Source of the DNA: Octopus bimaculoides
Lineage: Eukaryota
Assembly (NCBI RefSeq): GCF_001194135.2
Contig: NC_068982.1
Coordinates: 84,384,827-84,428,899 of the forward strand
Direction: 5' to 3'
DNA: 44,073 nt
Below the pieces are notes generated by a model. It made no database searches. It was not told the DNA's origin and saw only the letters and a list, made by a program, of their open reading frames with translations. A program made the translations under genes and the position numbers. This document shows positions 10,812 to 24,000 of the stretch, piece after piece (position 1 is the stretch's first letter; every line of letters starts with the position of its first letter).

Positions 10812-13800
10812 CTTTCTTTTCAGATGCTGAATAACAAATACATCCCCACTTCCCATGTCCCCTTCAATTTTTTCTGAGTTGGCACTGTCAATGTAGGTAC
10901 ATTGAAAGGTAAGTCTGGCAAAATTGTTGAGATGCTTGAACAGAGGCATGTTGGTGCATGTTGCATTCAAGAGGTAAGGTGGAGGAGAGCTTCAGCCAGG
11001 TTCCTCACAGGCAAGACACATAGGTATAAACTCTTCTGGGAAGGTATCAGTGACAGAGCAGGTGGTGTGGGCATACTTCTTGCAGAGAAATGGGTTGATA
11101 AGGTCATAAAGGTAGCCAGAGTACTTAAGCTCAGGCTAGTTTTGCAGAATAGTACAGTGATAATTATCTCTGGCTATGCCCCCAAGTGGGATTACCAAAT
11201 GAAGAAAAGGACCACTTTTATAATACCCTTCTACAGGCTACCTCAAAGATGAAAGCAGATGAGATGCAGTTCACATCTGTACCAGGCAAGAGTGCAACTG
11301 ATCTCATCTTTGTAGCTTGGAATTTCAACAGGCATGCTGGGCAGTAGCCGGGTATCTCCTATGGTGTACATGGGGGCTATGGAATTGGTTCCTGAAACGA
11401 AAAGGAAACAAGTATACTGGAGTTCTGTGATGTGAATAACCTATCAATTTGCAACGCGAACTTCAGGAAACCAGACAGCCACCTGATAACCTATCAACTG
11501 GGTGACCACGCCAGCCAGATTGACTACATTCTCACCAGACAGCAAGATACATGGTTGTTCATAAATGTAAAGACATTACTTGGTGAAGAATGTACTCCCC
11601 AGCATAGACTGATCATTAGTGCCTTTAGACCTCAGACCAGAAGGGTGCCAAGAAGAAGACTGATCTGGAAAAGCAGGATCTGGAAGCTTAAGTATCCTCT
11701 GTATTGTCAGAAATTTAGCAACACCCTAATAGAGAAATTTGATGGGAAAGAGGAACTGGGAATTTCTATGGGACAGCTTGCTGAGTGCCACAGACCAAAT
11801 CTGCAGCTGGTGCAAAGTCCCATACAAACCGAGTGTGACATGGTGGTGCAATGAATTTAGGGTCAAGGCCATTAGGACACAGAAACATGTCTGGAAGGAC
11901 TGGAAGTATGGGAGTAGCAGGGAATTGTATCATAGACAGAAGGAAAGCTAGGAAGCAGGTATATTTATCTTGGGAAGTAGCATAAAAGAAGTTTGCCAAT
12001 GTTCTGTGATGTGAGGACCAGAGACTTGAGATGTTTTGGATTGCAAAATAGTGTGAGAGAGGAAATCGTGAGGTTATAGGAGAGAAATATGTCCATATGG
12101 ATGATGGTTCACTTCAAATTAATGATTCAGCAAAGAAAGAAGCTTGGAAATGCCATTATGAAAGGCTTCTAAATGTAGAGAATAAATGAGACAAAAAGAG
12201 TCTGCCAAATGTTGACTCAACTGAGATCTGCTATCCGAATCAAAAGTAGCTTGGTAGATAAAGCAATTAAGGATATAAAGACAGAGAAAATCCCTGGCCC
12301 ATTAAGAATCACCACTGAGATGCTTAAAATATCTGACAGAGTAGGATATAGCCTAGTCACCAGTATAGTTAATCAGCTTGTCCATGAGGGAATCATACCC
12401 AATAATTGGTGCAGCAACACTATAGTCAACTGCTACAAAGGTAAAGATGATGCCTAAGACAGAATTAATTACAGAGGAATCAAATTGCTGGACTAGGTGA
12501 TGAAAGTCACAGAAAAGGTCATAGCTCAATTAATTAGGGAGAAAATTAGTGTAGATGAGATGCAGTTCAGATCTGTACCAGGCAAGAATGCACCTGATGC
12601 ACTGGTTAGGCAACTGCAGGAGAAATATCTAGCTAAAAATAAACCCCTGTACCTAGCGTTTGTCGACATGGAGAAAGCCTTCGACAAAGTCCCCCACTTC
12701 CTTATCTGGTAATCAATGTGGAAGCTAGAGATAGATGAGTGGCTGGAGAGAGCTGTACAAGCTATGTACAGGGATGCTGTCAGTAAGGTGAAGATTAGTA
12801 ATGAATATAGTGGTGAATTTAGGGTACAAGTGGTGGGGAGGTCACCAAGGCTCAGTCCTCATCCACCTCTTGTTCATCTTGTTCCAAGCAATAACAGAGG
12901 AATTTAAGACAGGCTGCCCTTGGGAGCTCCTCAATGCTGGTGACCTTGCTCTTATATCCGAATCACTACCAGATCTAGAGAAGAAATTTTGGGTGTGGAA
13001 CAAGGTCTAGTAGCAAAGTCTTAGTAAGTAGGAAAGCAGACAAATCACAAATCCCTTCAGGTAGATGGCCCTATTCAATCTGTAGAAAAGGCATAGGTAC
13101 CCAGTGTAAGCTATAGACACAAGAGGTGCAGCAATATCAGAGGAAGGTTAGCAGGGAAACTAGTTGTTGTGCATGGAAGGTACACAACACTAAAAATGTA
13201 CAGAAAATAGACTATTAAATGCCAGTGGGGTAAGCTAGAAGTAGTTGATAGCTTCTGTTACCTAGGTGACCAAGTCTGTAGTGGAGGTGGATTCACTGAG
13301 AGTGTAGCTACTAGAATAAGAATAAGCTGGGCTAAGTTCAGAGAGCTCCTACCTCTGTTGGTTACAAAGGGTCTGTCTCTCAGAGTGAAAGGCAGATTGT
13401 ATGAAACCTGTGTGTGAACAGCCATGCTACACCACAGTGAAACATGGGCTGCGACTGCCAAGGATGTGTAGGCTTGTAAAAAACGAAGCTAGTATGTTTT
13501 GCTGGATGTGCATGTCTGACAACCTGTCTTAAGTTGGGCATAAGAGGCATCAGATGTGGTGTGCAAGAGAGATGACTGCATTGGTATGGTCATGTGATTC
13601 GTATGGATGTGGACAGTTGTGTGAAGAAGTACCGATCTCTAACAGTGGAGGGAAGTTGTGGAAGAGGAAGACCCAGGAAGACATGGGTGGTGAAGCATGA
13701 TCTTTGAACATTGGGTCTCATGGAGGCAATGACTAGTGACCAAGACTTTTGATGATATGCTATGCTTGAGAAATCACAGTTGTGGCCATTGTTGGTGTCA

Positions 13801-14228
13801 TATAACTAGCATCCATGCTGCTGACATGTAAAAAGCACCTTTTGAATGTTGGCCTCATGGAAGCAATGTGGCTGATGCTGGTGTTCTGTAACTAGCGCCT
13901 GTGCCAGTGGAATGTAAAAAGCACCTTTCAAGCAATAACAAATGACCTTTGGCAATATGCTGTGCTTGAGAACAAAACCCATCAAGCCAAGTGAAATTGT
14001 AATCATGGTAGATACTGGTGTCAAGCAATTGGCACCTATGCCAGTGGCAAGTAAATGCACACATTATACTCTCGGAGTGGTTGAAATTAGGAAGGGCATC
14101 CAGCCATAGAAACCATGCTAAATCAGACTGAAGTCTGGGTGCCACCCCTCAGATTACCAGCCCTGGTCAAACCGTCCAACCCATGCCAGCATGTACAACA
14201 GACATTAAATGTTGATGATGGTGATGAT
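10812..14228 (+). mobile_element. Near full-length decayed RTE LINE
   Basis: VGTVNVGTLKGKSG...CCIQEVRW (APE endonuclease), IDYIL, NCYKGK, DMEKAFDKVP, HQGSVL, RGRPRKT, 3' UTR and (GAT)n tail. Confidence 0.92.
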
Positions 14229-14812
14229 GTATGTATGTATTGATTAGTGTGTGTTCTTTAGAACACTGCAGACTGTGATAAATATTTGAGAAATCATCTA
14301 CAACAAATGCTTAAAAGCATGGATTATATTGGCTGATGGAATTTTATTAGCATTGGCAGATGGCACTGTTATATTCCATGATTTCATCATAAATTGTAAA
14401 TCATTAGCAAAAGACAGTCAAACACTGAGTGCCAGATGAAAAATCTGTTGAGCCATTACAATTTAACACTGGTCAAACAATCAGTAATGTCACAAAATGT
14501 TGGTGGGCTATACATAAATTAACTATTAGTGACAGAAATAGCTTTTGTAATGAATATTAATGAACAAATCCATTCAATGTTTGGCTGCCTGTTTGCTAAC
14601 GATTCACAATTTATGAAACCACATAATAAAACAGTGCCATTTTCTGGTGCCAACAAAATTTCATCAGCTGATATAATCTGAGCTTTTTAACATTTGTTGT
14701 CTATATGAGATAATTTACCACAGTCTACAGTGTTCTGAACAGCACACTTAAGTTTAGTTGAATTGCTAATTAGTATTTGTTACAAAGTCTGCTTTTGTCA
14801 CTAAATAGCTAA

Positions 14813-15625
14813 TATGAGGGTTGGCTGAAAAGTTCATAGGCTGAGCAAAACTCCCATGGATTGTGACCAAACGAGGTTTATTTTTCAACATAATTCCCCT
14901 TGCAGTACTCATACTTCTTCCATTGGTGTTAGTGTTTGAATCCAATTGGTGAAGAAGTTTTCATCCTGTAGGTCAAAAAAATCATCAACAGCAGATATGA
15001 TGTCATCACTGTGATAATGGTTCCCAGTCAAGAGTTTTCATGTTGTGAATGGATGATAGTCAGGTGGGACCAAATAAGGAGAACAGGGAGGTCGATCAAC
15101 CAGCTCAAAGCCACACTCATGCACAGTAGCCATTGGAACCAAGGACTTATGTGCTGGAGCATCGTCCTGATGAAACAAGACCTCTTTCATCAGTTTTCCT
15201 GGACATTTGGTCTTGATAGCCTTTTATAACTGCCTCAGAAAGTTGGCATAGTACTCTCCACTGATGGTGTGGCTCATTTGAAGCTATCAATAAACACGAT
15301 GCCTTTTACATCCAAAAAACTGAGGCTATAATTTTCCCTGGGGAAAAAAACGATGTTGGCCTTCTTTGGAGCAGGTGAGGAAGGATGTTTTCACTGCATG
15401 GATTGTCTCTTTGTCTTTGGCTCAAAGAAATGGAGCCAACACTCATCCTGGGTTAGGAAATGCTCAAGGAAACCAGCTGGATCTGCCTGAAATAATGTCA
15501 GATTTTCTGTAATGTGATCAGCCTAGTGCACTTTAGATCAGCTGTCAGAAGATGTGGCACCCACTGAGGAGAAACCTTCATCATGTCAAGTCCATTGTGC
15601 AGAATACTCTCAGCTCTCTTCTGAA
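14813..15625 (-). mobile_element. Mariner transposon, 5'-truncated
   Basis: WVPHLL, TQDECW, FHQDDAPAH, PPCSPYLVPPDY, GNYVEK; terminus TA-TGAGGGTTGGCTGAAAAG at 14813. Confidence 0.85.
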
Positions 15626-15704
15626 AACTGTAGACAAAGAAAATCCAAATCAAAATACATGTGAATTAGCAAAACAGCTCAATTAAATTCACACTTTCAC
15701 GAAC

Positions 15705-16111
15705 TACTCTTTTACTTGTTTCAGTCATTTGACTGCGGCCATGCTGGAGCACCACCTTTAGTCAAACAAATCGACCCCAGGACTTATTCTTTGTAAGCCT
15801 AGTACTTATTCTATTGGTCTCTTTTGCCGAACCGCTAAGTTACGGAGATGTAAACACACCAGCATCAGTTGTCAAGCGATGTTGGGGGAACAAACACAGA
15901 CACACAAACACATACACACACATATATATATACATATACATATCTACGACGGGCTTCTTTCAGTTTCCGTCTACCAAATCCACTCACAAGGCTTTGGTCA
16001 GCCTGAGGTTATAGTAGAAGACACTTGCCCAAAGTGCCATGCAGTGGGACTGAACCCGGAACCATGTGGTTGGTAAGCAAGCTACTTACCACACAGCCAC
16101 TCCTGCACCTA
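15705..16111 (-). mobile_element. Full-length tRNA-derived SINE
   Basis: Reverse complement matches 8920-9300. Confidence 0.9.
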
Positions 16112-16361
16112 TATGAATCTAAATTGGTAAGTGGGTCCCTCATCATCTGAATGCATCTTAGCCTGATCAAAGAGCTACCATCCACTTGTCATTGACAAGT
16201 AGACTCTACTTAGAAGGCACTGGTTGGCTCAAAACTACAGTAAAATACACTTGGATGGCTGGTTGCATGTGTTTCTGTATTGTCCTGTTTTGTTAGTCAT
16301 GAAAACCAATTCAGTCATTCTCAACATGTTTAAGTATAGAATTATCCCTATGGAAGCAACA

Positions 16362-17620
16362 TATCAGGTCATCGCATAAGTTCTGTCCGATTTTACCTTT
16401 TTTAGAATTGAATAAAATTTAATAATATTTTAGAATGTCTAATAGAATTAAAAATTATTTTTATGCATTGGTGTACATTTAAACTAATTAAATATTATTT
16501 TACAGAATAATAGAATTAAAATTTTTTGATTAAAACCCTTTCTAACATGGAAATATCCAAAGAGCATTTGAGGCACATAATGCTTTATGAGTACAAAAAA
16601 GGAAACTCTGCAGCCGAAGCGACTCGAAACATACACTCAGTTTATGGGAAGGAATGCTTGAATGAAAGAACTTGCAGAAGATGGTTTGCAAAATTCAAAA
16701 GTGGAGATTTCAGCCTTGAAGATGAAGATCGAACAGGACGTCCAGTTGCGTTTGCTGATAAGCTCCTTGAAGCATTACATAAAGAAAATCCAGCATTATC
16801 AGTTGAAGAATTGGCAATAAAGCTTACTTCAAACCAAACAACTGTTCATCATCTTCAACAAACTGGAAAGGTTCCTAAACTTGGAAAATGTGTGCTTCGT
16901 GAATTGTCTGAAAGCAACCGCAAATCTCAAGTTGACATCTGCTCTTCTCTTCGTTTTTGTGAACTCATTTCACCCTTTTTGGATAGACTTGTGACTGGTG
17001 ATGAAAAATGGATCTTCTATCGAAATGTTAAACGTCATAAACAGTAGTTTGGTAAAAGGGAAAAAATTCAACCACAACTGAGAAGGGAACTTCGTGGGAA
17101 AAAGGTTCTTCTCTCTATCTGGTGAGATTGTAAAGGAGTAATTCACTTTGAATTGTCACCACCCAATGCAACAATCAATGCTCTAGTCTACTGTCAGCAA
17201 TTAGAGCGTTTGAACCAAGCTTTGATGAAAAAAAGACTCACTCTAGTGAATTGAAAAGGAGTGATGTTTCATCAGGACAATGCGTGACCCCACACTGCAA
17301 AGATCACAATTGGTTGGGAAAAAATTCCTCATCCACCTTATTCTCCCGGCCTTGCTCCTTCAGACTACCATTTGTTTCATAGTTTACAGAATCATTTGGG
17401 GGACATAGCTTTTGCAAGCTAGGAGGAAGTTGAAACTGACATTTCAGAGTTCTTCGCTTTGAAACCAAAAGAGTTTTACAATGATGGGATTAAAAAGCTT
17501 GTAAATAGATGGAAGGAAATCATAGATAATCAGGGAAAGTACATTGATGATTAAATTTAACATTTGGTCACTTGTTTTCTTTATTCAAAATTCAGACAGA
17601 ACTTATGGGATGACCTGATA
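16362..17620 (+). mobile_element. Full-length mariner with TIRs and TA TSD; transposase pseudogene at about 16547-17553
   Basis: TIR TCAGGTCATCGCATAAGTTCTGTC vs reverse complement TCAGGTCATCCCATAAGTTCTGTC. Motifs EHLRHIMLYEY, LVTGDEKW, FHQDNA, HPPYSP.LAPSDY; internal stops. Confidence 0.95.
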
Positions 17621-17684
17621 GTTGCTGATGTGCATGCCACTTAGTCAAACTTGAATGTCACATAAAACAGTGTTGAATAAAATA

Positions 17685-18138
17685 TGTAGTGGCGTCTAAT
17701 ACCAGTCAACATTTTGGCGAGTTCGTCCACGCATGCGCAGGGACATGTCTTCTGGAAGGCATGCAGGAATCCTTCATGCGCGTGCGTGGTCATCCTATAT
17801 CCAAGCGTTCCCGTTTTTCTCTACCTCTTAGCAATGAACCTTCGAGGACACCAGATGTTTTTAAGAGCCACTCCGTCAACTCTACCTTGAGTCAACACAG
17901 TCTACCACGGAGACAGTGAAGAATGACTTAACCCTCCAGCAACTACACCAACGCCGTCTTCAGACCAACCATAAAGGGTGACCTGGCAAAGCTGTTACTC
18001 CGAGATGTAAAGCTGAGCAACTCGTAATAAATATTTGTTATGCTGTTTTTCAATTCACTCAGCGTTTTCGTTTCTTTATTGAAGAAAATTGATCGTACAG
18101 GATAGGGTTACCCAAGGATGGTGGCCCTATCACCTACA
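17685..18138 (+). repeat. 5' LTR (about 454 bp)
   Basis: Last 107 bp nearly identical to 21207-21313; followed by the PBS. Confidence 0.85.
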
Positions 18139-18141
18139 AAC

Positions 18142-18150
18142 TGGTGACCC
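18142..18150 (+). promoter_or_regulatory. Primer-binding site TGGTGACCC (tRNA-Trp-like)
   Basis: Starts 3 nt after the LTR end; complementary to the ...GGGUCACCA 3' end of eukaryotic tRNA-Trp (from recall). Confidence 0.7.
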
Positions 18151-18939
18151 CTAGAAAAGAATTTTGAGCAGCCGACATGTGGACCTACAAACTGGTAACC
18201 GCAGAAAACGAATTTCACGAAGCATGATTCTGAACCAGCACTCATTCAGCCACTATTGTGAAGGATAAAACGGAGCATTTTTCTGCAACAAAGCCGACAT
18301 CTGTCTGTCTCTTGCGTCATTTCTATTTTCTGTCTTACACAGTGAAGAAGAAGAAGAAACAATTAAAAAAGCACATGGTGTCAGTGTGTGCTATAGTTGT
18401 ATTTATACTACATCTCACCACTAACATTTCGCTCTTTATTTACGTCTAACAGGACAACAGGAAAAAAAAAATATAACACACTTAATTTCTCTGCCCTGTA
18501 TTGTATTTTCCTTGCAGGAAAAAAAAAAATGAGAAGGTTGGTGACAATTTTTTTTCCTGCACGCATTACAAAGCAACACACACACACAGAAGAAAAAAAA
18601 AAGCAAACAACATTGTTTTTTTTTTACGAAAATTTTTTTCTCTCTTGTGCACACTGTTGCTTCCAAACACAAAACAAGATGCAAAAATACGCCAATACCA
18701 ACCAATCAGAGTAGTGGACACAACACGGTCCAAAGATGTGACCGAAAGCTCGATATTATCTGCTACATCCACATTCGCATATTGAGAGAGAAGTTTCACT
18801 ACGGAGTCTCCTACTATTCATTTTCTTTCTCTTCATCGGCGGTGTTGTTTTTTTTTTTGGTGTCCTCGTATTGAGAAAATTTTATTCATTGTTTCTTTTC
18901 TTTCCTTTTTCTCTTTGATGGAATCATCCTTGAACAGAA

Positions 18940-19690
18940 ATGTCGTCACACATGTTACCCCCATTCACTGGTGATGCACTTTTATGGTTCGCTCAATTAG
19001 AGGCACATTTTGACGCACATGAAATTTCTCCTTCAAAACAACTAAAATTGCTATATTGTAGCTTGCCATCACAGCTCGCAACATCTGCCAGAGAGATTTA
19101 GTTACATCTCCAAACCCAGACACCACTTATGCATCTGTAAAAGCAGAAATTTTACGTCGGAACACTAAGTCTGCAGAGAGCAGATTTAATGAGCTTATGG
19201 CAGATGAGGAATTAGGGGACAGAACTCCGTCAGAATTTTTACACCACTTACGGGAGTTGAGTGGTGATTTGACTGACGCCCCTCTCCTACATAAGATTTT
19301 CTTCTCGCGATTGCCGTCTCGTGCGGACAATCTTGGCGACAGCACTTGACGCCAACATGGTCGATCAAGTCGCCACAATGGCGGATAAGATTCTCGAATT
19401 TTCCACCCAGCCTGCACGTGGTGCCTGTCTCTGTTCTGAGGATTCATCAACAGCCTCCCTTGTATGATGCCTTTGCTGATAAGCTCGAAGAGCTCACGCA
19501 TTGGTTGGACGCTCTATGCCGTGATAACAAGCCATTTTCCCGCTCTCGCTCTCACAGATATCGTGGTTCTTTACCTGGACGACGTCCTGGATTGTGCTGG
19601 TACCATACTAGGTTTTCTGAAAAGGCACACAAGTGCATTCAGCCATGCTCTTTTAAATTGTTGGAAAACTTCCAAGGGAGGAATTGAGCA
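18940..19690 (+). pseudogene. gag (frameshifted)
   Basis: MSSHMLPPFTGDALLWFAQLEAHF...EELGDRTPSEFL; frameshift near 19090. Confidence 0.8.
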
Positions 19691-21200
19691 CGTCAATTTC
19701 CTCCTCTTTTAATCGAGCAATTTTTGTCAAGGACCAGGTGTCGAAGAAGTACTTCATGATTGACACCGGGTCGTGCTGTAGTATTTGGCCTCTTCGCCTT
19801 ATTACTGACAAACCTAGGCGTTCACCTATAGTTATGCACTCGATTGATTCCTCCCCGATAAATACATTTGGTCAGCTTTCTCTGCGACTAGACATTGGTC
19901 TTCGTAGAGATTTTCAATGGGTTTTTGTCATAGCTGACATACCGCATCCTATTTTGGGTGCGGATTTTTAAAATCATTTTAACTTATTGGTAGATGTTCG
20001 GCGTCGGAGGCTTGTTGATGGTTCGACATCTCTCTTTATGCCGGCAAAGGGCTCTACCAACCCAACTCGTAGCCCAGCATTTTTTATTGCCACTGCTGGG
20101 GATGTTTTTCATTCACTGCTAGCTTCCTTTCCCGAGCTGGTGGACATAACTTTTAGGCCGGCTAAGCCAGCACATTCCACCCTCCATTTTATCACGACTG
20201 ATTTTTCGTGCCCACAGCGTCTGGCACCGGACCATCTCAAGACAGTTAGGGCTGAGTTTGAAATGTGATTTATTCTGATTTTCGCCCGGTTGGGGACTAT
20301 CATCGACTTAATGCTGTAACGGTGCCTGACCATTATCTGCAGGATTTTTCAGCTAATCTACATGGCTGTACTATTTTTTCTAAGATTGATCTGGTTCAGG
20401 CTTATCACCAGATTCCAGTTAATCCAGAGGACATTCCCAAAACTGCCATCACTACTCCTTTTGGCTGTTTTGAATTTTTTTTTTATGAGCTTTGGTCTGC
20501 GGAATGTGACAAGCACTTTCCAAAGATTTATAGATGAAATTGTTCGTGGGCTTGATTGTGTATTTGCTTACATTGATGACTTACTCATCGCTAGTGATCC
20601 AAATGAGAATCATCTCCACCATTTGTCGTAACTTTCTCAGTGACTCCGTGCCTATATTGTAAAGATAAACCCCGATAAGTGTGTTTTCAGGAATTTCTGG
20701 GGCACTATATTGATTCTAATGGGATCAAACCTCTTCCTGCTAAGATCGATGCCATTCAGCGCATCGCATCCCCTTCTTCTTTGCGTCAACTTCACCATGT
20801 TTTGGGTATGGTCAATTTTCATCGCTGTTTCATAAACCGATGTGCGGACAAGCTGCTTCCTTTAACACAGCTGCTGAAGGGCAATTCTAAAAAGATGCCC
20901 AACTCACTCTTTCAGCTGAGACATTGTCTGCCTTTGAGTCAGTGAAACAGGAACTATCCTCAGTTCCTGTTCTTGCACATCCAGCTCCTGATGCTCCGCT
21001 TTCTTTATCTGTGGATGCATCAGATTCTGCAGTTGGTGCTGTTTTGCATCGCTGCCACAGTAAAGCTTGTTATTGCTCAGTTCTTTTGGCCCAATATGCG
21101 GCAATCGATTACCACTTGGGCACGCTCTTGTATGAAGTGTCAGAGTGCTAAAGTCCATAGGCATGTTCGTGCTCCGCTTGGGCAGTTTCCTTCTCCTGAG
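19684..21200 (+). pseudogene. pol remnant (protease, RT, partial RNase H, integrase zinc-finger part)
   Basis: IDTGS; [22 protein letters not shown]; AYIDDLLI; LSVDASDSAVGAVL; FWPNMRQSITTWARSCMKCQ. Confidence 0.9.
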
Positions 21201-21206
21201 GCCTGT

Positions 21207-21313
21207 TATTTGTTATGGTGTTTTTCAATTCATTCAGCGTTTTCGTTTCTTTATTAAAGTAAATTGATTGTACAGGATAGGGTTACCCAAGGATGGTGGC
21301 CCTATCACCTACA
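21207..21313 (+). repeat. 3' LTR remnant
   Basis: Matches 18032-18138. Confidence 0.9.
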
Positions 21314-22854
21314 AATACATCCATGTTTAACAAATATATTTTCTGTCATGCTTAACATGTTTGAATATAATTAGACATGGTTAGGCATCCTCAATAATTA
21401 TCATCATCATAATGTTTTTCACTATCACTCTCATAGCATTAACAATGGCAGATATTGCTAATATTGTTAATAATAGTATCACCAAACTCAAAAACAATTG
21501 AATAGAGAATATAGGTTACCACTATTTCTATGGGCACAATAATCCTAACAGAGTCATAGCTGAATGCATAAAATTAATGGACCACATAGAGGTTACTATT
21601 AACTGTAGTAACAACTATTATTACTGATGGTAGCAGGAATACTAGTTAGAAGAGCAATTGTACACAGTAAGAATACTATTAATGTCAGTTATAATAATTT
21701 AGGTATCCATATGAGTAGTAACAATAATTGTAATATGAATAACCATAATTATGACCACAATTTTAATGTTAATAAGTGACAGTAATGTACATGGTTCTAA
21801 TCATATGACTAACAATAGTGCTAATTATATTTTCCATGGCTAACTGTGCGCCACTTGTAATCGGAGACGAATGATTTCAGAATATCTATTAATTGCCTCT
21901 TGAGGAACCATTACCTATGTTATTATGTTGTCCATTAATGTAAAGTGACCAGTACATGGACCCACTCTACTAGAATTTACAATGGTGCAATGATTGACTC
22001 TAAGTGCTGATTCCTTGCGTGCAAATACCCATACAGATTTTATTTTTGGCCATAACTTTTATATTTTTTATTTGATTTTAATGTGAAATTTGAGATGTAG
22101 GTAAATTTTGTGGTGGGGGGAGATGGTAAAGGTGTTTAATTCAAAAGGGCACAAATGCAAATAAGTATTTCCTTAGAGACATTCTTATTGATTTTGTAGA
22201 AATTTTACACGTGATTACAGGTCATGTCTATTAGATGATGCCAGCATGAAGAGTTGACAAAAAATCAATAATTGCGCATGAGCAGGAGATTTTAAGATAT
22301 CAAAAGGCTTTTTGTATACAATTACCCACAGGATTAATATTGTATGCTGTAACTTTTACAGAATTCATCTGATTTTGAAGAAATTTGACATTTAGGTAAA
22401 GTTTATGGTCAGCATCATGTAGTAGAATTACTAGTGGTGAAAGGCAGAAATTGTCAAAATTCATTCACAATAAAATAATGAACTGATTTTGAAGAAAGTT
22501 GACCCATGAGTAAAATTAAGCACTTCATGTAATGTATTGGGATTCAAAAGTCAATGAGATATTTTCATGTAAATGGTCATATGGGTTCTATTTTATGACA
22601 TAACCATGACACTTTTCTTTGGATTTTGCTGAGATTAGACATGCTGATCAATTTTGTATAGAGGGTGGCATTAAGGGGAGAGAAATAAACAATTATCACT
22701 CTCAGCAGGTCAAGTTTGACTGTGATTTCAGATGGTCCAGTATGTTGAAAGCATTAACTGGGTAAAATCCATGCCGAATCAGATATAACATCTTAATGGG
22801 GAAAGTAGAAGATTTCAATACAAGGTCAGAGATGGGCTTTAACTTCAACACGGA

Positions 22855-22886
22855 AAACACGAGCAATGCCGGGTCCAACAGCTAGT
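22855..22886 (+). mobile_element. Probable Helitron 3' terminus
   Basis: Imperfect GC-rich hairpin CGAGC-AAT-GCCG followed about 10 nt later by CTAG|T. 5' end not located. Confidence 0.5.
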
Positions 22887-24000
22887 AATCTATCTAATTG
22901 GCCATCTGTATCCACCACTTCAAAGCTGAAGGTATTCCTCATGACATTTCCTTGATCAGGATTGATAATGGAATATCTATGTAATTTATGCTGCTACCCC
23001 CTCAATGTATTACATGAGATTAAAGACCTCTTTCTTGATTGCTTGTCTGATGTAATTATCTCATGTCGTCATTGATATTATAAATCTTTCTCTTATTACA
23101 TAAACTATTTCACTCTTCTCCTTCACTATTATACTTCCTACTTAACCACTATATTTAGCTACATTTAGAGAATACTTATCTTTAGCACTCACCAACCAGT
23201 GTTTTACCATCTCCTATCAGGATGCTGTTATATTTCTTGCATCTCCTCTCCAGTATAACTGATCCTTATACTTAATGTGACAAAAACGTTTTACAATGCT
23301 CAGAACAGTCCCCAGTTAGTGTCATTATAGCTTTTATTTTTTATGTTTTTCTCTCTGTTATACATCCTCTGTCTGCTACCAAGCATCTCTCAAATTGATT
23401 AACCTGCATAGCTAATTTTTCTAACTTTTAATTTTATAGCCAATTTTAATTCTGACATCTTTTAATTACCAATGTTCTCTCAGCCTTCTCTCTCCATCTC
23501 CTTTTCTCTTTATACTTCACACTATAACAAATCCTCTACTCTTCTTATCTTTCTTTTCCTATTGAAATTGTATATAGTTATAAACATTGTTCTCTACTAA
23601 GCTACATGCCAGTTTCTTCCAATAATAGCAAATTTTGCTCTACAGGTATCACAAAATCCATACCATCCATACACCAATAATATTACTGAAGATTCTTTTC
23701 TGCATGTCTGTATTTTAAAAAATACATCTTTGCAGAAATTAAAGACACATCATAAACCATTCCAGGGTTGGCTTATGTAATTTTGATATTTGTAAGGCAC
23801 TGGCTATATTTACTGTCAAGTTAATTATCTCTAATGTTTTCCTCTCTGTCTTTTTCTAAATATGGATGCCCATTCAAATGTAGATTGCATCAAATGCAGT
23901 TACTAAACTGTCTTATTTTTACCAGGCAAAATAAATTAATATTTCAGCCATGAAATCCTGGGTAGCAGTATTTCACAAGATTTTTCATGGGTTTACAATA

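Larger units (their letters stand above)
17685..21313 (+). mobile_element. Ty3/gypsy LTR retrotransposon, internally deleted
   Basis: TGTAG...CTACA termini, AATA TSD (17681-17684 and 21314-21317), PBS, gag and pol motifs. Confidence 0.93.

Noticed and set aside
16120-16165. IGKWVPHHL mariner-like peptide
   Set aside because: Only about 9 codons with no supporting flanks.
21320-21900. AT-rich, Asn/Ile-biased stretch
   Set aside because: No long ORF or motif; compositional bias only.
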